Below, one piece after another: positions 1-9,058 of a stretch of 64,000 nt of DNA; within the stretch, counting starts at the first letter, position 1; each line of letters opens with the position of its first letter. A model generated the notes under the pieces. The model saw only the letters and a list, made by a program, of their open reading frames with translations. It had not been told where the DNA came from and did not search any database. Source of the stretch: Alphaproteobacteria bacterium (GTDB taxonomy: Bacteria > Pseudomonadota > Alphaproteobacteria > Sphingomonadales > Sphingomonadaceae); the NCBI GenBank assembly GCA_018970445.1, contig JAGWWF010000009.1, forward strand, positions 2,141-66,140, given 5' to 3'. A program made the translations under genes and the position numbers.

Positions 1-1668
1 GGCCGGGCCGGTCTGGCCGGCGGCACCTTCGTCCAGCAGATTGAGCGCCATGGACTGGATGCCCAGCCGGCTGCGTTCGTCGGCGGCCATGCCGCCCTCC
101 AGGCTGAGCAACATGCGCACCAGCGGCACGGTGGTGCGGCGGGCAAATTCCACTTTCAGGCCATTGGCCAGGGTGAAGCGTTCGATGGCCGGCCATTGCA
201 GCAGCGGGGCCGGACCCACGGCCGGTTCGGCCATGCGCTTCGGCCCCCTGGCCGGTTCTGCGATCGTGGCCGGCCTGGGCGGCGGCGGCACCTCCTCGGC
301 GGCGGGGCGCGTCCCGGGCAGCACCGTCTGCACATAGGCGCCAGCGCCCAGCCAGGTGCGCGCCGCCAGTTGCACATCGGACGGGGTGGCATTGGCATAC
401 CAGCCCAGTTCAACGCGATATTGTTCGGGATTGCCGGCGTAGACCAGGCCTTCGGCCAGCGCGACGGCCTTGCCGCCAAAGCCGCCCACCGCTTCCAGCC
501 CGCGGATGGTGCCGGCAACATTTCGGGTGGCAACCCGGCTCACCTCGTCGGCCGTGGGGCCACTGGCGATGAAATCGGCCAGTGTCCGCTTCACGATGGC
601 CTCCACCTCCTCCGGCTTTGCCCCCGGCGCCAGCTGCACCTCCAGTTCGGCCATGCCCACCTTTTCAAAAGCCTGCACCCCGCCCGACACCGACACCGCC
701 AGTTTGCGGGTGCGCACCAGTTCGTTGTACAGCCGCGATGATGGCCCGCCGGCCAGCACGGTCAGGCCGATATCGGCCAGCGCCGAGGCGCGCTCCAGCC
801 GCCCCGGCACCGGCCAGTGCCAGCCCAGGCGCGCGGTTGGCACCTTGTCATACAGGGTTTCCCGCCGTTCCGTGTCCCAGCGCATCACCGGGGCGGGCAG
901 GCGCTTCACCTCTGGCCCGCGCGCAATCGCCCCGAAATAGCGCTCCACCAGCGGCCGGGCGGTGGCGGCATCGATATCGCCGGCCAGCACCAGCACGGCA
1001 TTGTTGGGGCCATAATTGGCGCGGAACCAGGCCTGCACATCGGCCAGGCTGGCCCCGTTCAGATCGGCCATCGAGCCGATGGCATCATGGGCATAAGGAT
1101 GGCCGGGCGGAAACAGCGCCTTGAGCGTGGCATAGCCGGTCAGGCCAAAGGGTTCATTGTCGCCCTGGCGCTTTTCATTCTGCACCACGCCGCGCTGGGC
1201 ATCCAGCTTGGCCTGATTGACCGCACCCAGCAGCCAGCCCATGCGGTCACTTTCCAGGAACAGCGCCAGTTCCAGCGCCTGGGTCGGCACATTCTGGAAA
1301 TAGTTCGTGCGATCAAACCAGGTGGTGCCGTTGGCATCGGTGGCGCCAACATTTTCCAGCTTCTTGAAGAAGACATCGTTGTTGTTTTCGCTGCCATAGA
1401 ACATCAGATGTTCGAACAGATGGGCAAAACCGCTCTTGCCCGTCGGCTCGTCCTTGGAACCGATGTGATACCACAGGCTCACCGCCACGATCGGCGCCTT
1501 GCGATCGGTGTGGACGATCACGCGCAGGCCGTTGGGCAGGGTGAATTGTTCATACGGCAGCCGCACCTGATCGACCAACGTGGCAATGCTGGTGGCCGCC
1601 GGTTGCTGCGCCGCCAGCGGCACCGCCAGCAACAGCCCGGCCAAGGCCCCGATCATCATGCGCTTCAT
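1..1668 (-). CDS. M16 (pitrilysin/insulinase) family zinc peptidase, N-terminal 556 codons; the 3' end runs off the left edge of the window
   Basis: Absent from the ORF track because no stop lies in the window. My translation of the minus strand from the ATG at 1668-1666 gives MKRMMIGALAGLLLAVPLAAQQ (signal peptide) then GKSGFAHLFEHLMFYGSEN, which carries the inverted zinc motif HxxEH of family M16. The frame stays open to position 1. Confidence 0.85.
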   Translation of the reverse strand, partial: MKRMMIGALAGLLLAVPLAAQQPAATSIATLVDQVRLPYEQFTLPNGLRVIVHTDRKAPIVAVSLWYHIGSKDEPTGKSGFAHLFEHLMFYGSENNNDVFFKKLENVGATDANGTTWFDRTNYFQNVPTQALELALFLESDRMGWLLGAVNQAKLDAQRGVVQNEKRQGDNEPFGLTGYATLKALFPPGHPYAHDAIGSMADLNGASLADVQAWFRANYGPNNAVLVLAGDIDAATARPLVERYFGAIARGPEVKRLPAPVMRWDTERRETLYDKVPTARLGWHWPVPGRLERASALADIGLTVLAGGPSSRLYNELVRTRKLAVSVSGGVQAFEKVGMAELEVQLAPGAKPEEVEAIVKRTLADFIASGPTADEVSRVATRNVAGTIRGLEAVGGFGGKAVALAEGLVYAGNPEQYRVELGWYANATPSDVQLAARTWLGAGAYVQTVLPGTRPAAEEVPPPPRPATIAEPARGPKRMAEPAVGPAPLLQWPAIERFTLANGLKVEFARRTTVPLVRMLLSLEGGMAADERSRLGIQSMALNLLDEGAAGQTGPA

Positions 1669-1730
1669 CGCCAAAACCCCATCACAACAAGCCAATTGCG
1701 ACTGCATAGCGCGGCTGTTAAGCCCAGCCA

Positions 1731-3359
1731 ATGAAGAAGCCGCTCCTCGCCGCCGCCGCCGCCCTCCCGCTCATTGCCGCAAGCCCGGTGCCCGATCCAC
1801 TGGCCGCCAGTTTCAGGGGCCATGTCAGCTTTCTGGCCGATGATCTGCTGGAAGGCCGCGGGCTGGGCAGCCGCGGGCACGAGATTGCCGCCAATTACAT
1901 CGCGCAGCACTTCGCCCGGCTGGGCCTGCAACCGGCGGGCACCGGCGGCTTTTTCCAGCGCATCCGCTTTGCCGAAAGCCGCTTTGCCAGCGAACGCGAA
2001 TCCGCCCTGCTCGATCTGGGCGGCACCCGCCTCACGCTGGAAAACGGCGTTGGCCTGGTCGTCTCGCCGGGCAACAGCAGCGGCGCCGAAGACGTGTCGG
2101 GCGAAATGGTGTTTGTCGGCTATGGCCTGCAAGACAAGAGCCAGGGCATCGATGATTTTGCCGGGCTTGATCTGAAGGGCAAATATGCCGTGGTGTTGTC
2201 GGGCGCGCCCGATGGCATGAACAGCGAGATCGCCGCGCATCTGGCGCGTGTGTCAAAGGCGGTGGGGGCCGAAGCGGCCGGGGCCATCGGCGTCATCACC
2301 GTGCGCACCCTGAAAGAGGCGGATCGCCTGCCGTGGGACAAATATGCCAGCCGCGCCCGGCTGCCGCGCCGGCTGGTGCTGGATCCCGCCGGCCAGCCGC
2401 TGGGCGATGGCGCCGGTCTCAAGGTGCGCGCCGCCATCGATGATGCGGCGGCCACCGCGCTGTTTGCGGCGGCCCCGATGGATTTCGCCGCCGTGCGCGC
2501 CGCCGCCCAGAAAGGGCTGGTGAAGGGCTTTGCCCTGCCCGGCCGTTTCAGCGTGCGCCGCGCCACCACGGTGGAAACCATCAGCAGCCCCAATGTGCTG
2601 GCGCTGCTGCCCGGCACCGACAAGGCGCTGGCCAGCGAAATCGTGGTGATTTCCGCCCACAGCGACCATGTCGGGATGAAGGTGGGGGCCAAGCCGGGCG
2701 AGGATGCCATGTACAACGGCGCGATGGACAATGCCGCCGGCACCGCCACCCTGCTGGAGGCGGCCACGGCCCTGGTGAAGAACCCGCCCAGACGATCGGT
2801 GCTGTTCCTGGCCACCACTGCGGAAGAATCGGGCCTGCTGGGCGCCGATTATTTCTCGCGTTTTCCGACGGTTGACGTGAAACGCATCGTGGCCGACGTG
2901 AATATCGACATGCCGATCCTCACCTGCGATTTCGGCGATGTCGTCGCCTTTGGCGGTGAACGTTCCACCATCGGCGCGGTGGTGGCACAGGCGGCCAGGG
3001 CCGAACGGCTGGGCCTCTCCCCCGATCCGCAGCCCGAAGAAGCGGTGTTCACCCGGTCGGATCATTATCCCTTTGTGCGCAAGGGCGTGCCATCGGTGTT
3101 CCTGAAAACCGGCTGGACCGACACCAGCGGCGGGCAGTCCTGCAAGGAGGCCGAACGCAAGTTCCGCCTCAACAATTACCACGAAGTCTCTGATCAGCTT
3201 GACCTGCCGTTCGATTGGGCGGCCGCTGCGAAATGGACCCGGCTGAACATCGGCATCATCCGCAACCTGGCCAACGCCAAGGCCGCCCCGCGCTGGTATC
3301 AAGGCGATTATTTCGGCACCGCCTTTGCGCCCGACGCGCCAAAGGCGAAAAAGCCCTGA
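1731..3359 (+). CDS. Secreted M28 family metallopeptidase (aminopeptidase-like, with PA-type insert)
   Basis: 542-aa ORF with signal peptide MKKPLLAAAAALPLIAA. Zinc-ligand-type motifs are present: SAHSDHVG, NGAMDNAAG, AEESGLLGA, DHYPF. Confidence 0.85.
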   Translation: MKKPLLAAAAALPLIAASPVPDPLAASFRGHVSFLADDLLEGRGLGSRGHEIAANYIAQHFARLGLQPAGTGGFFQRIRFAESRFASERESALLDLGGTRLTLENGVGLVVSPGNSSGAEDVSGEMVFVGYGLQDKSQGIDDFAGLDLKGKYAVVLSGAPDGMNSEIAAHLARVSKAVGAEAAGAIGVITVRTLKEADRLPWDKYASRARLPRRLVLDPAGQPLGDGAGLKVRAAIDDAAATALFAAAPMDFAAVRAAAQKGLVKGFALPGRFSVRRATTVETISSPNVLALLPGTDKALASEIVVISAHSDHVGMKVGAKPGEDAMYNGAMDNAAGTATLLEAATALVKNPPRRSVLFLATTAEESGLLGADYFSRFPTVDVKRIVADVNIDMPILTCDFGDVVAFGGERSTIGAVVAQAARAERLGLSPDPQPEEAVFTRSDHYPFVRKGVPSVFLKTGWTDTSGGQSCKEAERKFRLNNYHEVSDQLDLPFDWAAAAKWTRLNIGIIRNLANAKAAPRWYQGDYFGTAFAPDAPKAKKP

Positions 3360-4424
3360 TCAGCGCGACAGCCGGGTGACATGGCCCATCTTGCGGCCGG
3401 GGCGGGAATCGCCCTTGCCGTACAGATGCACATGGGCCCCCGGTTCGGCAAAAAGCCGTTGCCAATCATCGGCTTGATCGCCGATCAAATTCTGCATCTC
3501 AACGCGCGGCAGCACCAAATCGGTGGGGCGCAGCGGCAGGCCCGCCACGGCGCGGATGTGGTTTTCGAACTGGCTGGTGGCGCTGCCCTCGATCGTCCAG
3601 TGGCCGCTGTTGTGCACGCGTGGTGCCATCTCGTTGAATCGCAAGCCATCCTTGCAGGCGAAATACTCGGCGGTCAGCACCCCGACATGGCCCAGCTTGT
3701 CGGCGATGCGCCGGGTGAGCGCCACCGCCTCGGCCGCCTGGCCGCGCACCAGCGCCGGGGCCGGCAGGCTGGACGATGCCAATATGCCGCCGGCATGAAC
3801 ATTCACCGGCACCGGCCAATCCACCATCTGGCCATCCTGCCCCCGACACAGCAACACGCTGTATTCATGGGCAAATTCCACCATGCCTTCGAAAATCGCC
3901 GGCTGCTGGCCGATGGCATCCCAGGCGGCATCGGCATCGGCCGGGCCATGCAGCCGGGCCTGGCCCTTGCCGTCATAGCCAAAACGGCGGGTTTTCAAGA
4001 TGGCCGGAAAGCCAATGCGATCAATCGCTTGATCCAGTTCCTCCCGGCTGGAGACCGGTGCCCATGGCGCGGTGCGGCCGCCCAGCCATTCGACGAACTG
4101 TTTTTCGGCCATGCGGTCCTGCGCCACTTCCAGGCTGTGCACAGCGGGCCACACCGGCACCCTGGCCGCAACATGGCGGATGGCGGCGGTGGGGACATTT
4201 TCCCATTCGAAGGTGACGACATCCACGGCGCAGGTGAGCGCATCCAGCGCCGCCGTGTCCGAAAATTCGGCCCTGGTGACTGCGGCGCACACATCGGTGG
4301 CCGGCGGCGCGGCTTCGGGCGCAAACACATGGCAGCGATAGCCCAGTTGCGCTGCGGCCACGGCCAGCATGCGCCCCAGCTGACCGCCGCCCATGATGCC
4401 GATGGTGGAACCGGGGGGCAGCAT
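3360..4424 (-). CDS. purK: N5-carboxyaminoimidazole ribonucleotide synthase
   Basis: ATP-grasp protein starting MLPPGSTIGIMGGGQLGRMLAVAA. I chose the ATG at 4424, one nt after the purE stop (TGA at 4428-4426). The longer track ORF to 4577 overlaps purE out of frame. Confidence 0.9.
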   Translation of the reverse strand: MLPPGSTIGIMGGGQLGRMLAVAAAQLGYRCHVFAPEAAPPATDVCAAVTRAEFSDTAALDALTCAVDVVTFEWENVPTAAIRHVAARVPVWPAVHSLEVAQDRMAEKQFVEWLGGRTAPWAPVSSREELDQAIDRIGFPAILKTRRFGYDGKGQARLHGPADADAAWDAIGQQPAIFEGMVEFAHEYSVLLCRGQDGQMVDWPVPVNVHAGGILASSSLPAPALVRGQAAEAVALTRRIADKLGHVGVLTAEYFACKDGLRFNEMAPRVHNSGHWTIEGSATSQFENHIRAVAGLPLRPTDLVLPRVEMQNLIGDQADDWQRLFAEPGAHVHLYGKGDSRPGRKMGHVTRLSR

Positions 4425-4425
4425 G

Positions 4426-4929
4426 TCAGGGCAGTGGATCCACCGGCGCTTCGGCCACGGCATCGGTTTGCGCCTGCCGCCAGGCGGCCAGCCGGGTGGC
4501 CAGCGCGGCATCGGCCAGGGCCAGGATGGCGGCGGCCTGCAGCGCGGCGTTGATCGCCCCGGCCTTGCCGATGGCAAAGGTGCCCACCGGCACGCCGGCC
4601 GGCATCTGGACGATCGAAAGCAGGCTGTCGATGCCCTTCAACTGGCGCGATTCCACCGGCACGCCCAGCACCGGCAGGCTGGTCATCGCAGCTGCCATGC
4701 CGGGCAGATGCGCCGCGCCGCCGGCCCCGGCGATGATGATCTTCAGGCCGCGGCTGGCCGCACCCTGTGCATAATCATGCAGGCGCAGCGGGGTGCGGTG
4801 GGCCGAAACGATGCGGGTTTCATGGGCAACGCCCAGCGCGGTCAGCGTTTCGGCGGCGTGCGCCATGGTCTGCCAATCGGATTGGCTGCCCATGATGATG
4901 CCCACCAGCGGGGCCGCGTCGCTTGCCAT
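4426..4929 (-). CDS. purE: N5-carboxyaminoimidazole ribonucleotide mutase
   Basis: 167 aa with [15 protein letters not shown] and [14 protein letters not shown] motifs. It lies directly upstream of purK. Confidence 0.95.
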   Translation of the reverse strand: MASDAAPLVGIIMGSQSDWQTMAHAAETLTALGVAHETRIVSAHRTPLRLHDYAQGAASRGLKIIIAGAGGAAHLPGMAAAMTSLPVLGVPVESRQLKGIDSLLSIVQMPAGVPVGTFAIGKAGAINAALQAAAILALADAALATRLAAWRQAQTDAVAEAPVDPLP

Positions 4930-5007
4930 GGCATGTCACCTTGCCGGGGAAAGCGCCAGCGTTTAGCCGCAGCGCGGCGGCCACGCAAAGAAATTCGCTG
5001 GCCGGTT

Positions 5008-5595
5008 TCAGGCCTTTTGCGCGATCAGCCGATCGATGGCGTCGGTCATCACTTCGGCCACCTGCTGGTGCGAAAGGCCGCTGCGTTCGCGCAGGCTGGC
5101 ATAGCAATCCAGGCTGAGCCACAGATCAAGCTGTTCAAACCACAAAGTATCGGCACGCACCGCCGCCGGCACCACCGATTCCAGCCGGGACCGCAGCATC
5201 TGGTTAAACACGCCCGGCCCGAGGTTCATCGTGGCGCTGCCATCACGGAACATCTGCGCCGCGCGGCTGTAGGCCAGGCCGCCTTCGAAAATCTCCAGCC
5301 GGCGCGCCAGCCCTTCGCGCACCTGGCCCGGCCAATCCTGCGCCTGATAGGGCCGCATCAGATGGACATAGCGTTTGCCCACGCGTTCCAGCACGGCGGT
5401 ATAGAGCGAGGCCATGTCGCCGAAATGGCGGAACACGCTGCGCAGGCCGACATTGGCGCGGATGGCGACAATTTCGGCGCTGGGTGTCACCCGGCCTTCA
5501 TCGATGATCGCCACCACCGCATCGATGATGCGTTCGCGGCTGACCTGCGAACGCAGGCGCCGACCATCGGTTTCGTGGAGAACCAGCGACTTCAT
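5008..5595 (-). CDS. TetR family transcriptional regulator
   Basis: 195 aa. The N-terminal HTH region RERIIDAVVAIIDEGRVTPSAEIVAIRANVGLRSVFRHF is typical of TetR_N. Confidence 0.85.
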   Translation of the reverse strand: MKSLVLHETDGRRLRSQVSRERIIDAVVAIIDEGRVTPSAEIVAIRANVGLRSVFRHFGDMASLYTAVLERVGKRYVHLMRPYQAQDWPGQVREGLARRLEIFEGGLAYSRAAQMFRDGSATMNLGPGVFNQMLRSRLESVVPAAVRADTLWFEQLDLWLSLDCYASLRERSGLSHQQVAEVMTDAIDRLIAQKA

Positions 5596-5662
5596 GACGA
5601 GATTACATTATCGCAACGTTACCCGCCGTGCAAAGCCCAACTGCACCCCGGCCCTGCGTCAT

Positions 5663-6055
5663 TCAGCGCAGCGACCGCCGGCAAGCCAGCAGCAGGCCGA
5701 TCATCACCGCTTCGGCCAGCATCGGCGGGATGGCGTCCGGCCCCATGCCATCGGCCAGCAACGACACGCAGCGCCCGGTGAGCGCGATGGCCAGCAGCAT
5801 CACCGGCACCAGCAGGGCGCGGGCATCGCGTTGCAGCGCGCCCAGCAGGGCAAAGCCGCCGCCGGTGATGAAGAAGCCGGGGAAATCCGCCCGCAGCGTG
5901 GCCATGCCCTGGGAACCATCGGGGATCAGGAAGAAATTTGCCGCCGCGCCGGCCGGATTGAACAGGAACAACAGCCCGATCAGGATGTTGAACACCCCCA
6001 CCGCGCCCACCAGCAATCGCAAACCCGCCTGCATCGCATCGCTCCCCATCGTCAT
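5663..6055 (-). CDS. Small integral membrane protein (about 4 TM, DUF4345-like)
   Basis: Hydrophobic ORF; start chosen at MTMGSDAMQAGLRLLVGAVGVFNILIGLLF. The family assignment is tentative. Confidence 0.5.
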   Translation of the reverse strand: MTMGSDAMQAGLRLLVGAVGVFNILIGLLFLFNPAGAAANFFLIPDGSQGMATLRADFPGFFITGGGFALLGALQRDARALLVPVMLLAIALTGRCVSLLADGMGPDAIPPMLAEAVMIGLLLACRRSLR

Positions 6056-6140
6056 TTTGCCCAGGCTATCACGGCGGCGCGGGCGTGAAACCAGCGCAAA
6101 ATGATTGTCAGCACCGCCCCCGCGGCCTAGCCTCTGGCCC

Positions 6141-7187
6141 ATGCGTCGCCTGGGGTTGATCCTGCTGTTGCTGCTGCTGGCCGCCGGCCTGTGGTGGAAC
6201 CGTGTTGCGGTGGGGGAGCGCCTCTATGCCCGCGCCGCCGCGTCGCGGGCGGATCGTGATGCCCTGCGCGATCCCGGCGATGGCCTGACGCTGCTGTTCT
6301 GCGGCACCGGCACGCCGCTGCCCGATCCCGATCGCGCCGAATCCTGCCTGGCCGTGCTGGCCGGGCCCAATCTGATCCTGATCGATGCCGGCGATGGCGC
6401 GGTGCGCAAGCTGGCGGGCAAGGGCGTGCGGCTGGGCGGGCTGGATGCCGTGCTGCTCACCCATCTGCACAGCGATCATGTCGAGGGCCTGGCCCCGGCG
6501 CTGCTGCTGCGCTGGACCGGCAGTGCCGCGCGCACGCCGCTGCCGCTGATCGGCCCGCCGGGCACGGCGCAGGTGGCGCAGGGGTATAACCTGATGCTGG
6601 CCGCCGATGCGCGTTACCGCACCGCCCATCATGGCGAAGCGATTGCCCCCACCGGCGGCGGCGTCTTTGCCGGGCGCGATGCGGCGCCGGGCGTGGTGTG
6701 GAACGCCGCTGGCCTGCTGATCACCGCCTTTGCCGTGAACCATGCGCCGGTGGCCCCGGCCTGGGGCTATCGCATCGCCTACAAGGGCCGGGTGGCGGTG
6801 GTGAGCGGCGACACCGCCGCCAGCGCCGCCGTGGCGCAGGCCGCCCGGGGTGCCGATCTGCTGATCCACGAAGCGTTGCAGCCCGGGCTGGTGGCCGGCA
6901 TCACGCGCGGGCTGGCGGCCAGCGGCCAGGCCCGCACCGCCCAGATCACGCGGGACATACTGAATTATCACACCACGCCCGAACAGGCCGCCGATCTGGC
7001 CGCCCGCGCCGGCGTGCGCGAACTGGTGCTCACCCATATCGCGCCGCCGTTGCCCAGCCGGCTGTTCCACCCCGCCTTTCTGGGCGATGCGCCCAGCCGC
7101 TTTGCCGGGCCGATCCGCCTTGCCGATGATGGGCTGCGGCTGTTCCTGCCGGCCGGCAGCACCCGGATCGAGGCTGGCAAATTGTGA
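6141..7187 (+). CDS. MBL-fold metallo-hydrolase (RNase Z / beta-lactamase superfamily)
   Basis: HLHSDHVEG (HxHxDH) motif and an N-terminal TM/signal segment MRRLGLILLLLLLAAGLWW. An alternative start lies at 6105. The stop overlaps the start of the next gene by 4 nt. Confidence 0.8.
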   Translation: MRRLGLILLLLLLAAGLWWNRVAVGERLYARAAASRADRDALRDPGDGLTLLFCGTGTPLPDPDRAESCLAVLAGPNLILIDAGDGAVRKLAGKGVRLGGLDAVLLTHLHSDHVEGLAPALLLRWTGSAARTPLPLIGPPGTAQVAQGYNLMLAADARYRTAHHGEAIAPTGGGVFAGRDAAPGVVWNAAGLLITAFAVNHAPVAPAWGYRIAYKGRVAVVSGDTAASAAVAQAARGADLLIHEALQPGLVAGITRGLAASGQARTAQITRDILNYHTTPEQAADLAARAGVRELVLTHIAPPLPSRLFHPAFLGDAPSRFAGPIRLADDGLRLFLPAGSTRIEAGKL

Positions 7188-8929
7188 GGCGGCACCTGGC
7201 CGCCCTGCTGCTGGCCAGCGCGCTGGTGCCGGCCCCGGCGCTGGCGCTGAAACCACCGCCGCCCAACATCGTGCTGATCATCGCCGATGATTGGGGCTTT
7301 TCCGATCCCGGCAGTTACGGCAGCGAAATGGCCACCCCCACCATCGATGCGCTGGCGCGGCGCGGCACGCGCTTTGCCAATTTCCATGTGGCGGCCAGCT
7401 GTTCGCCCACCCGCGCCATGCTGCTGACCGGCGTGAACGCCCACAGGGCCGGGCTGGGCAACATGCCCGAAACCATCCCGCCCGACCATGCGGGCAAGCC
7501 CGGTTACAACGCCGTGCTGGCCCCTGGCGTGCGCACGCTGGCGCAGCGGCTGCACCGGTCGGGCTATGCCACGCTCTATGCCGGCAAATGGCATCTGGGC
7601 CATGATGCGGCCGATCTGCCCACCGCGCGCGGCTGGGATCATGCCCTTGCCCTGTCGCAATCGGGGGCCGACAACTGGGAAAACAAGCCCAACCGCCTGC
7701 TGTATGAACGGGCGGACTGGACGCGCGACGGCAAGACGGCGCGGCTGCCCCGGCGCTTCTATTCCTCCACCCTGATCGTCGATGAAGCCATTGCCCAGGT
7801 TGGCGCGGTCAAGGATCGGCCGTTCTTCCTGACACTGGGGTTTCTGGCCAATCACATCCCGGTGCAGGCCAGCGATGCCGATATCGCCCGCTACCGGGGC
7901 CGTTATGATGCCGGCTGGACGGCGCTGCGCAGCGACAGGGCGGCCGGCGTGGCGCGCGCCGGCCTGCTGCCCGCCATCACGCCCGCCGCAATGGACACCA
8001 CCCGCAGTTGGCCGGCGCGTGATGCGGCGCAGCGGGCGCGCTGGGCGCGGGCGATGGAAGCCTATGGCGGCATGGCCACCGCCATGGACCGCGAGCTGGG
8101 CCGGCTGATCGCCCATCTCAAGGCCAGCGGCCAGTATGACAACACCGTGTTCGTCTTCACATCCGACAATGGCGCGGAAGCCACCAATCCCGAAGCCAAC
8201 CGCTTCACCACCGTCAACGCGCATCTGCAATATGACATGGCCGCCGAACATCAGGGCCAGCCGGGCAGTTTCACCTATATCGGCGCCAGCTGGGCCAGTG
8301 CCGCGGTCAGCCCGCTGCGCGGATACAAGTTCAGCGCCTGGGAAGGCGGCGTGCGGGTGCCGTTCATCGTCACCCTGCCGCCGGCGATGCGCGCGGCGCG
8401 CGGGGCCGTGGCCAGTGCGCCGGCCCATGCCGTCGATCTGGCCCCCACATTGCTCGATCTGGCCGGCGTGGCGGCGCGCGACGGGCTGGAAGGCCGCTCG
8501 CTGCTGCCGGCGCTGGACGATCCGGCCGCCGTGATCCACCCGGAGAATGAAGCCATCGGCTATGAACTGTCGGGCAATGCCGTGCTGTATCAGGGCCGGT
8601 TCAAGCTGGTGAGGAATCTGCCGCCCTATGGCGACGGCGCCTGGCACCTGCACGACATCATGGCCGATCCGGGCGAACAGCGCGATCTGGCCGGCAGCGA
8701 TCCGGCACGCCTGGCCGCCATGCAGGCCGGCTGGGCAGCCTGGGCCAGGGCCAACCAGGTGCTGCCGATGCCGGCCGGATACAGCGCGCCGCAACAGATT
8801 CAGGACAATGCCACCCGCAATCTACTGCCCGGCCGGGTGGCGCCGTTGCTGGCCAGCCTGTGGCTGCTGGCCGTGGGGCTGTGGGTGGGCCGGCGCTGGC
8901 GGCGCGCTCAGGCTGGATCGAACGGCTGA
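7184..8929 (+). CDS. Arylsulfatase (formylglycine-dependent sulfatase family)
   Basis: Signal peptide, then IVLIIADDWGF and the sulfatase signature CSPTRAMLLTG (CxPxR). The C-terminus has a hydrophobic segment LLASLWLLAVGLWVG. Confidence 0.9.
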   Translation: MRRHLAALLLASALVPAPALALKPPPPNIVLIIADDWGFSDPGSYGSEMATPTIDALARRGTRFANFHVAASCSPTRAMLLTGVNAHRAGLGNMPETIPPDHAGKPGYNAVLAPGVRTLAQRLHRSGYATLYAGKWHLGHDAADLPTARGWDHALALSQSGADNWENKPNRLLYERADWTRDGKTARLPRRFYSSTLIVDEAIAQVGAVKDRPFFLTLGFLANHIPVQASDADIARYRGRYDAGWTALRSDRAAGVARAGLLPAITPAAMDTTRSWPARDAAQRARWARAMEAYGGMATAMDRELGRLIAHLKASGQYDNTVFVFTSDNGAEATNPEANRFTTVNAHLQYDMAAEHQGQPGSFTYIGASWASAAVSPLRGYKFSAWEGGVRVPFIVTLPPAMRAARGAVASAPAHAVDLAPTLLDLAGVAARDGLEGRSLLPALDDPAAVIHPENEAIGYELSGNAVLYQGRFKLVRNLPPYGDGAWHLHDIMADPGEQRDLAGSDPARLAAMQAGWAAWARANQVLPMPAGYSAPQQIQDNATRNLLPGRVAPLLASLWLLAVGLWVGRRWRRAQAGSNG

Positions 8930-9058
8930 CGCCCCGGCGCTGATCCGTGACGATCCGGCATTGCGGCCATCCATGCCCGCTTGCCGCGGTTGCCAGGCCG
9001 GGCCGCCCCCACCGGGAACGGCCCGACCCCTGCACGAATGACGTGCGCCCGCCCAGGC

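Noticed and set aside
4425-4577. N-terminal 51-aa extension of purK in the track ORF, overlapping purE
   Set aside because: The extension is Pro/Trp/Arg-rich ([34 protein letters not shown]) and overlaps the purE C-terminus out of frame. The canonical purK N-terminus (IGIMGGGQLG) begins just after the ATG at 4424.
8930-9058. Intrinsic terminator between the convergent sulfatase and M20 genes (stem cgggccg ... cggcccg)
   Set aside because: The stem is only 7 bp with a 13-nt loop, and no T-tract follows on either strand. This is too weak to report as a feature.
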